From positions 13,206,001 through 13,270,000 of the forward strand of contig OZ059896.1 in assembly GCA_964057225.1 (NCBI GenBank): a stretch of 64,000 bases of DNA, in the 5' to 3' direction. Positions 55,076-64,000 of this stretch are shown piece after piece (the stretch's first letter is position 1; each line of letters starts with the position of its first letter). The translations under genes were made by a program, and so were the position numbers. This DNA comes from Auanema rhodensis. Its lineage: Eukaryota > Animalia > Nematoda. A model generated the notes under the pieces. It saw only the letters and a program-made list of their open reading frames with translations, had not been told where the DNA came from and did not search any database.

Positions 55076-55220
55076 TTAAACTTTTTAAAACAATTTTTTT
55101 AAATGTTTACAATGGTTGCGTTCCATATATATATATATACTTATTCTGTATTAACTTCGAGAAAAATTAATTTATCGTATAACTTAGACCCTACGTGCTT
55201 TCTCACTAGGTCAGTGAAAT

Positions 55221-55896
55221 ATGACTACTCCTAGTCGACGTCGGTTAATGCGTGATTTCAGAAAACTACAGGTAATTGTTTTCAACAGGCTTTTAAAATA
55301 TTTTCTTTGAAGGAGGATCCTCCAGCAGGAGTATCAGGAGCTCCTACCGAGGATAACATTTTGGCCTGGGAGGCTATTATTTTTGGTCCTCAGGACACAC
55401 CTTTCGAAGACGGAACTTTTAAGCTTACATTGGAATTTACTGAAGAATATCCCAATAAGCCTCCAACTGTCAAATTTATTTCTAAAATGTTTCATCCAAA
55501 TGTTTATGCTGATGGATCTATTTGTCTTGATATTTTACAGGTATATATACTTTGTGTTTATTTTACTAGTTCATTTATTAGAATCGCTGGTCTCCTACAT
55601 ATGATGTTGCCGCAATTCTAACGTCTATACAATCGCTCTTGGATGAACCCAATCCTAATTCCCCTGCTAATTCTCATGCAGCCCAGCTATATCAGGAAAA
55701 TAGAAGAGAATATGAAAAGCGGGTTCAGCAAATTGTGGAGCAGGTTAGAATATATTTTCTATCAAGTTATCTTTTTTTTCAGTCTTGGCTAAACTTCGGT
55801 GAAAATGAAGGAGATATGGAACCTAAAGAGGGACCAGATGAAACAGCTAATAATGACGAAATGCCTTCAGGAAGCGGTTCTAACAGAGATTTTTGA
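55221..55896 (+). CDS. ubc-1: Rad6/UBE2A-type ubiquitin-conjugating enzyme with acidic tail
   Basis: [58 protein letters not shown]. Confidence 0.98.
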
Positions 55897-56411
55897 AGTT
55901 TTATTGAGGACAATGACATGAAAATCAATTGTCTTGATTATTTGTTTATATCCTCGCTACTGTGAATCTGCGAAATGTGGACTCTGTATATGTTTTTGCA
56001 TTTTTGGCTTTGATATTCTTTGCTTTGTCCTCCTTATTTTCAAAATAAGAAATGTAAATAGAAATTGTCCATGTGACACTGTATAACTCATCAAGTACAA
56101 CCTTCTATACATTTTCGGGATGTTATAAGGCGCCACAGATTTCTTATTTTTCTCGTTCACTGGCTTCAGTCCTTTATTTTTCTAGTTTCGTTGATTGGAT
56201 GTTCCTCTCTTGAAATTTTCTCAAGTCGAAAATGTAACATAAATCAGTGCTGAATGAAGATTAAGCGCATATATATATACATATATTTATATAATAAAAT
56301 ATATATTATGGTTATTAGTGAATACGTTTTGAAAATATTGGTTGTGGCCAGTTTTTTTTCTTTTTGTTGAAACTTTTTTAAGGAAATGAATATAATACAT
56401 ATCACAACAGA

Positions 56412-57785
56412 ATGGAAGCTATAGAGAATGTTCGTAACAATAACTTTCGTTTATCTCTGATAAATAAGTGTTTCAAAGATAATGGAGGAGTTGAAACTGA
56501 CGGTGATATTTTGCAACAGGTTTTTACTCGCGTTTACTTATGTTACTTATATATATATATATATATATTAAGATTCTTCAAAAGAAAAATGATATTGATA
56601 CTTGGAAACTTAAAAAATTTGCTTGGAAACTGTCGATACCACCGTCATACAGGTATTTTCAGTACTAATATGACTGCTCGAAGCTTAGTTGTTTTACAGG
56701 ATGCAATCATATAGATATCTTCTGGGTATCACTAGTGCTTATATAGAATCTCGAGATGTTATAGAAAAACATCGCGAAGAAGAGGTATGTTTATTGTTTG
56801 TAAGCTGTAAGATTTTAACGAACTTAATTTTAGGCTTATGTACTCTTGAAATGTTTGCGTACTCTTCGAACTTATACCGGAACTTATGAGAATACCAAAT
56901 TTTATCCAACTACTTGGGACATTGTTCAGGTTAGGTTTGGTCTACTGAGCTTTATTAAACTATGTATTTTGTAGATGATCTTGCTACTGCAACGTCAATT
57001 GGCATCAGGTGCTACACAAGATCTGAATGAGCATAAAACCTGCAATCCTTCTATTTTAGCTATTAAAGCGGTATACATTCATTACTCAAACAAAAACTGC
57101 TTTGTGTTACAGGTGGTTCGCTGTGTTGATTTATTATGCCACGACGACTGGATTAATCTTTTCCATATTTCTCGAGAAATTTGTAAAATTCTTAACGATA
57201 TTTTCACTACTAATCAACTGTCACAAACCATTAGCGAAGTTAGAAACTTTTAATTTATGATTTAAGAATGTTTTGCAGATCACGACTGAAGTGGAATCTA
57301 AATTGGGAATGGAATCTGAAGAGTTTCTCGTGTTCATGAGAGATTTTTCGTTAGAGTTAATGCTCAAATCAGGCTGTTGTGAAATTTTACATAGTGAAAA
57401 AGCCATTTTCAAGTTAGTTCAATATTTTACTTTTTTAATATTAATTCCAAATTCTAAGAGTTTTGGATAAGGTGTGTACAAGGCTGGACTTCGTACCATT
57501 ATTGCGAGATGTCGTAATTGAATATATTACGCATATGGACCGATTGCAACGTACTGCCTCAATTACGAAAGTTCGTTTCGATTCCAGACTTTATAAATTG
57601 TTCTGATTCAAATGTTTTAGGTGCGGAATAGGCAGCTATCTAAAGATGATGAGCTCAAACTTGTAAACAGTGCAATTGATGCTGCTGTAAATGAAAAAAA
57701 CTCATCCAAAATTACTCAAAAATCTTCTGATGCAGTCTTGATGGAACCTAGTTTTTCTAATTGTGTGAATACTATGAATAATTAG
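56412..57785 (+). CDS. TBC1D7: TBC1D7-like protein
   Basis: NNFR, ILQKKNDIDTWKLKKFAWKLSIPPSYRMQSYRYLLGI, KVLDKV and LVNSAID align by eye with human RNFR, [43 protein letters not shown] and IVSKAID. Confidence 0.75.
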
Positions 57786-58279
57786 CAATACTGCCCATTT
57801 GTTATTTGTTATATTCTAGTTTTAATTGTAAATTTTTCAAAATACGGGTGTTCTTCTTTAATAAAGAAGTTTTTATTTTAGCTCTGATCTCTTTTAAACT
57901 TCAATATTATTCAAATTGTTATTTGTTTTTATATAAAGGAGTTATTACTACTACAGTTCAAATTGCTTTAATTGTTTCAAGTTATATCTCCAAGAAATAG
58001 ATTTTTATTCAGCTGACACTTTAGGATATTTGTTATATAAAATGTCTATGTAAACGAAAAAAAGCATTTTATTGACTATCTCATCCCATTTAAATGTTGG
58101 AAGCGTCAAGGAAACACGGTCCATTAAGCCTGGAAGACCACAGTAGTTTGAGTAGAGATTTTAATTTTTCCTGAAGACATAGATAGAAACTTAGTGAGAA
58201 CCTTTCTTATTTTCTTACGGAAGAAATCTATGTAATATATGTCCATTAACACATCGGATATGCTTTCCCTCTGCGACAG

Positions 58280-58288
58280 CTATAAAAG
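58280..58288 (+). promoter_or_regulatory. TATA-box-like element upstream of flp-17
   Basis: CTATAAAAG about 215 nt upstream of the ATG. Confidence 0.4.
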
Positions 58289-58496
58289 GAGCAACAAGAT
58301 TTATTTTATCACTTTCTCATATTTACTCTTTTTTGAATTTCATCTTAAATTACTGTTGCCAACTATTTTTCCACGTCGATTGAACACTACTTCAATACAT
58401 TTTATAATATTTTCATTTAACTATGACATATCTTGTGTATATAACTATTCAAAATCATAATTATATTAATTAAAAATAACTTGAAGGGCAACAACT

Positions 58497-58983
58497 ATGT
58501 TCACTATCATCTTACCTATTTGCCTCATTGGGCTTTCCTTGGCGAACACAAACGAAGATGTTTTATCCGACGAATTCTGCCGTCAGTTCCCTAGTTTACA
58601 TCTTTGTCGTCTTCATGACACTCTCCAGGTTTGTGTATATTCAGATGCTCAGAACTAAAAAGGGAATTAATAGGGTTCACTGGTTGAGCTACAATATTTA
58701 TTACAAGATACGGAAGCTCAAAGTAAGATTTTTTATAGATAAATTGTTACGATATTCATTGTAGTAGCTGCTACATCATCGTCACCTATTGAAAAAAGAA
58801 AATCAGCATTCGTTAGATTTGGAAAAAGATCGGCCAACGACGAAGAAATGGTAGTAATTTCTTGAATATTTAATATATAAGTATATATAGCAAATGGAAA
58901 AAAGAAAGTCAGCTTTTGTTCGTTTTGGTAGATCCACTGGAATGGAGAAAAGAAAGTCGCAGTACATCCGATTCGGCAAGTAA
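58497..58983 (+). CDS. flp-17: FMRFamide-like neuropeptide precursor (2x KSAFVRFamide, 1x KSQYIRFamide)
   Basis: Signal peptide, FCRQFPSLHLC propeptide, KR-KSAFVRF-GKR, KR-KSAFVRF-GR, KR-KSQYIRF-GK*. Confidence 0.96.
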
Positions 58984-59293
58984 TGTGGCCACAAGCGCTG
59001 GGTATGAATAAAATGACAGCATTTGAGAGCAGAAAATTCGAATCATCTTTTGTCTTAAACTTCTGAGTACAGTTTATAAATCATTTCGTTAACTTGAATT
59101 TTGAATAATTGAAGGCTATTAGCTTATTCCAAAAACGGAAATGCAATACGGAAATGATGCTTTCATACCTTTCCAGATTTCCGATGTATATCTAAGATTA
59201 ACATTGATAATATAATCAATGACATAATTGATAAATTTATCTTATATTTCGTAATATTTAATAGTTCCAATAAAATGGTGAACAACTTCATTG

Positions 59294-61106
59294 CTATAAT
59301 GTCTCAGTTGAATTAACCTGTGTGTATTCTGTGTTGAAGGGAGAATATAACTGATTTTTTGATCGTTTTTTACTTAATACCAGAGCCAGAACAACACTCA
59401 ACGTTGTACAAATAGCGATTAAGCTGAAATATACAAATTATTTATCGTCGTCAGTTTCATTATATTGAACTCAGCAATAAGTTTTTTACATACCTCGACA
59501 TCAGAAAAACAAGGTTGTATTCTCCTGCATTTTGTGAAAACAATGTTGTGATAGCAATACATGATAAAAAACATGCTGGAAATCTTGCGATCGTTAAAAT
59601 AGCAGATCTATGAAGACATGGCAACAAATTCATCTAAAATACCATTTTAATTCTTAATAAGGCTTTCACTGGGTTACTTGCAAAGATTCCATGGTAGGAG
59701 TATATACACCTATTGAAAATTGAAATACAAGAAATGCTATGAAAATTCGAGAGAAATTAATTGATGCCCAATCATTCGACAGGATTGGCAACTCGTTAAA
59801 ACTATAATAATAAAATTCGCTTCCTTATTAAATATATGTTACCTGTATAATAAAGCTATTAATGCTAGTGCAGTAGAAACACAAATTATTTTAATATTAG
59901 TAACTTGCTTACTAAAACGCGAAGAATACAAAGTTGAACCGGAAAGATAAGAAGCAAGTAAAGCGCTGTAGATGATTCCAAGACTAAAAATATAGTGACT
60001 TTGATATTCATTTAGATATCGATACCTAAACTCTCTTCCTTCTAAACTATTTAAACGAATAAATAGAGGAGCCCAAACAAAATTGAAAATCAAGATAGCA
60101 GATTCCATGAAACTTGATATGATGCATAATACTAGTATGCTTGGGGAAGTTCTCAAGATCTAAGCTAATGATATAGAAAGAGTTAAGTGAAAAAAAACAA
60201 GTACATTCAAAGCTCTACTAATAATTGATGTAAACGGGAGAGGTGCATCAACCGACTTGTTCTCAGGCCATTTAAGTCCGATAAACACCCCCGCCAATAT
60301 GAATCCAATTGTTGAAAAGAAAAATGACATAGCAGGTAATCTCGATATTTGAATAACAATCTGAAAACTTTTCTTTGAATGATTTTGAGAATGAAAAATA
60401 CTTCAGAGAAGACTCCACTGAAAACGGCTGCAAACGCAGAGCCTAAGGAAACAAGTATAAAAGAAATGAACATCCATTCAGAGGGGAAATCGTATTTTAT
60501 AAAATGTTCATGATTATGCCTAAAATGTGATCTATATCGAGCTGACTTCGTATAGAATATACCAGCTTACAAGAGCGCTAGACACTATTGCGGAGAAGCT
60601 GCCGTCAAAAAGTCTTCCCAATAATAAAATCGTATAATTATCAAAATACTTTAAAGTACATCCAATGGATCCAAGTATAAGTGATATCATACATAAAGCT
60701 TTTCTTCCTAAAGTGAAATATAGAGAAAGCTAAAATGCTTTCGCACCATAGTTGACAGATAAATGCAAGCTTAAAAGCTTGCAGATAATATTAAGAACAA
60801 TTCCAGAAACATATAGAATACTAATTTGTTGTTTTGAATAGTGATAGCTGTTAAAAAGGTAATATAAATAAGGAGCCTGAAAGAAAATCTGATGAAAACA
60901 GAAATGTAACAAGACATTACTTGTAAGCTTTCGGCGAAAACAATAATTAAATGAGGAAATAGATATATTTTCTGTAATAACCAAAAATGAGTATTATTCT
61001 TATCAAGGTATCTAGAAGAATTCTTCTGTTGTTTGATAATTAAATAACCACAAGTAAGTGATAATCCAGTTGAAAATATCCATGCTATACTATATACTGA
61101 TATCAT
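59294..61106 (-). CDS. MFSD5 / molybdate-anion-transporter-like MFS protein (divergent)
   Basis: AESLQAPYLYYLFNSYHYSKQQISILYVSG, SFMESAILIFNFVWAP, LGIIYSA; many hydrophobic segments. Confidence 0.8.
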
Positions 61107-61456
61107 TATAACCAACGGAAGATCCGACCCCACGAAATAGCAATTATGTGGCTTTTCTCAAATAAACGTTTTAATTTTTGTTATTCTTTGAACATCTCAA
61201 AAAAAAAAGAGTGATATATTAATATATTGAAAAGCTAAAAACAATCAATATGGCATATCCTATAGTGTAATATTGATATGAAAACTATCATAAATATCAA
61301 TCTTTATAATTAAAAATTTTTAACATTATAACATTTTCAAAAGTTTTTCTTACTTTACATAAGTTTAATTCAATAGTTAACATAATCTTATGGAAATATT
61401 AATTTAAGTTAATTTCTTCGTATATACATGGAATAGCAAACAATTTTACATTTCCT

Positions 61457-64000
61457 TTAAGTACGACGAGACCTGGGACTTTTACTGTGAAGTTGAGAAA
61501 AGATTTTCTCAAATCTATTCTCTGGGAAAATTACGACTAGTAATCTTTCTAGTAAGACATATAGGAGTCTCCGATTCAGATGCTTATTCTGCAAGGCTTC
61601 AGATATAGTACTGATACCCTAAATACGGCAATATATATACATATATTATAATTTATGAGTAACGTACCTGGTAAGTTGTATCAGCTCCTAGAACTAGTCT
61701 CAGCTCATCGGGCAAAGAAGACAACATAAGACTTTTGGCCAAAACTTTAGAACGAAAACCGAAGTCAGCGCATCTGTGAGAGTTTGACGACGCTGGCTGA
61801 CCATCAGGCCACAACGATTCCCTAAAATATAGAGTAGAGTAAAGATTAAAATAATGAAAAACCAACCTTAAGGCAGCTATATACAAAGTTACTTGTTGCT
61901 CGCTGGTTAGCCAATTTACCATATCAACAATTTTTTTGTTCAGCGACGTGCCGAATGGTGTAACTATTTGTCGTAACATTGTTATCTGAACTGAACAACT
62001 TCAAACAATATTTTAAAAATTATCTCACCATTTGTCTTCTGAACCACGCATTCCTAGCACGGACTCCGAATACTTCATCTACGAATAAAATTAAAACTCT
62101 CAAAGGAATGTTCTCAGAATCATCATGTTCAGGAATTGCAGCAGCAACACGATCTGGGGCAATAATAGGAGATTTTGTAATTACATTCAGAGGGTTCTGA
62201 AAACATGAGAATCAATGCATACATATTCAAATGAAAACTAGCAATTATGCTCCTGGTTGCATTATTGATTCCTGAACCTATCTTAGAAACTCCATCCATC
62301 ATCTGAAACATAAAAAAATTTAAAAGAAAAAAGAAAAATAACAACTTGTTCAGGAACAGATAGTACAGTACTCCCCATAGCTTTAACACCCATTTTGATA
62401 GGATCAAACATAACAGACATTACCTATAAAACAATATATAACAAATAAGGAGCAATATGTTGAACTTTGCGCGATAATGGTTCTCGAGTTCCTGTGTATT
62501 CTTTTTGGCTTAAAAAGTCAAAAACAATCTTATTAAGTTCAGGATGACATTGAATAAGCGATGGTTGCAGAATACTTTCAAGAAATTGGTTCAATGCCTA
62601 TAAAGAAAACGGAAACTTTGAAGATAAGCAGTACAACAAACCTTAGTTCTTTTTTCAAGAAAATGCGGATCAAGATTATTGAAGGTTTTCTTTCCCGGGA
62701 AAGAAAGAGAGCAAAGTTTGGGATACTATAATATGTGCATAGAACTTGAAAGAGTTAATAAGTTTACCTTTTGAACAATGAAACTGTGAAGCACGTGAAA
62801 ATCACTATAGCGTCTCAACACATTCCAAGAACTTATTTTCTTACCGTTCAAATGTTTGCTTACTCGAACATTATATAAAGCAAATGACTGTTTACCCTGA
62901 AAACAGATATTTTAATCACGTAATATATGTTAGATAACTTGTTGACCAATCCCTAAAGTTTCAACAGTAGCTGTAGTGACAGGGTCGTCAGTATTCGGAA
63001 AAGACGATTTCACATCCTGAAAGTGAACACATTTATAAGTTAACTTTGAAAACTACGTGCTTTAATAGGACTTTTAAGTGAATCTTCTGCTGAATTCTTT
63101 GAGGAATCAGACACGGGGGTCAAAGGTCGATCATCATCGGATATAATACCAAGCTCGAGAAGTAATTTAACATAAAGTGGGCTTCTCTTGAAAGCTGGAT
63201 AGAAATGTTCATCGGTACGTAGAGCTTCTACAATCTGTAATTTACAATTATAATTATTAGTAGTTGAGTGCGTAGTACTTTTTCTTGAACATTTTCGAAC
63301 CAACAATCCATTATTTCATCATTTCGGAGCCGAGACAGAAACTTGGCAATTACTGAATCTTCCAGAGGAACTCTTGTCACAGCCTAAAATTCTCACAATC
63401 AACATACAATAAATTTTACAAACTTCTTGAGATAAATACTGTTGATACATAAATTGCGCAGCTTCTTTAATTGTTTCATAAACATCTTCATCAGCCGACT
63501 CTCCATTCGCGAGAGACCGTAATTGATGCTCAACAGATACTTTAAATCCCTATAAAAATTTAAATAGCTTTAAATTTTTAAAGAAGTCTAACCTCAATGG
63601 CTAAGTAGCAGTCTATATAATTTTGTCCTCCGACAGATTGTAAGAAGTCAATAAAAAAAGATATCGCAACACTGTTGGTAAGTACTACATGTATAGGAAG
63701 CTGAACTAATTTATTTTCATTAGTAGTATCCAAAGTGTGAAGCTATAAGAAAATAATCATAAACAATTCCAATCATGAAGACTTACAACGTCTACTCCAG
63801 GTTCCACAGTATGGTTAGCAATTAAAGCCATTTTACGCTTTATTATGAACTCGATGTGATCTAGACTGCCCAATTGTTGCTTGACAAAAATACCTAAAAT
63901 GCAATAGAATTGATTGTGGAAAATTTTTTTAACCTTGTTCTCCTCCAGAATCTTTCCCCCGTAATACAGTTTTCTCATATGACACTGATTTATAAACAGC
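61457..64000 (-). CDS. snx-13: Sorting nexin 13 (RGS-PX-PXC part; 5' end outside the window)
   Basis: ISFFIDFLQSVGGQNYIDCYLAIEGFK, FYPAFKRSPLYVKLL, WNVLRRYSDFHVLH, LFVDEVFGVRARNAWFRR, QNKHLNRRLLYVLLE. Confidence 0.92.

Overview
Eukaryotic, not prokaryotic: an AT-rich, very gene-dense nematode chromosome segment (probably Rhabditina) with many introns of about 45-60 nt ending in TTTCAG/TTTAG-type acceptors. The ORF track is therefore fragmentary, and I assembled the gene models by hand across introns, so boundaries are approximate. About 26 protein-coding genes are supported: pfd-1 (3' end), UAP1, nhr-67, rap-3, a Cys-rich/PEBP-like secreted protein, an orphan membrane protein, vps-11, a SMYD methyltransferase, rrp-8, nog-1, eri-1, TMEM203, a nucleoredoxin-type thioredoxin, a FAR-like protein, SHPRH, spt-2, tre-2, a secreted 4-repeat Cys protein, pkd-2, an 8xEGF protein, TFIIE-alpha, an M3 peptidase homolog, a two-domain nematode protein, ubc-1, TBC1D7, flp-17, MFSD5 and snx-13 (3' part). 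The strongest leads are: (1) an oversized UAP1 intron that appears base-paired almost end to end, with an H/ACA-like 3' half (candidate intron-encoded ncRNA); (2) a TBC1D7 ortholog in a lineage whose model species lacks TSC1/TSC2; (3) an M3 peptidase homolog that has lost its HEXXH zinc motif; (4) an unexplained in-frame 5' extension of nhr-67. No CRISPR array, tRNA, rRNA or transposase was recognised. All family assignments come from motif recall, not from database searches.
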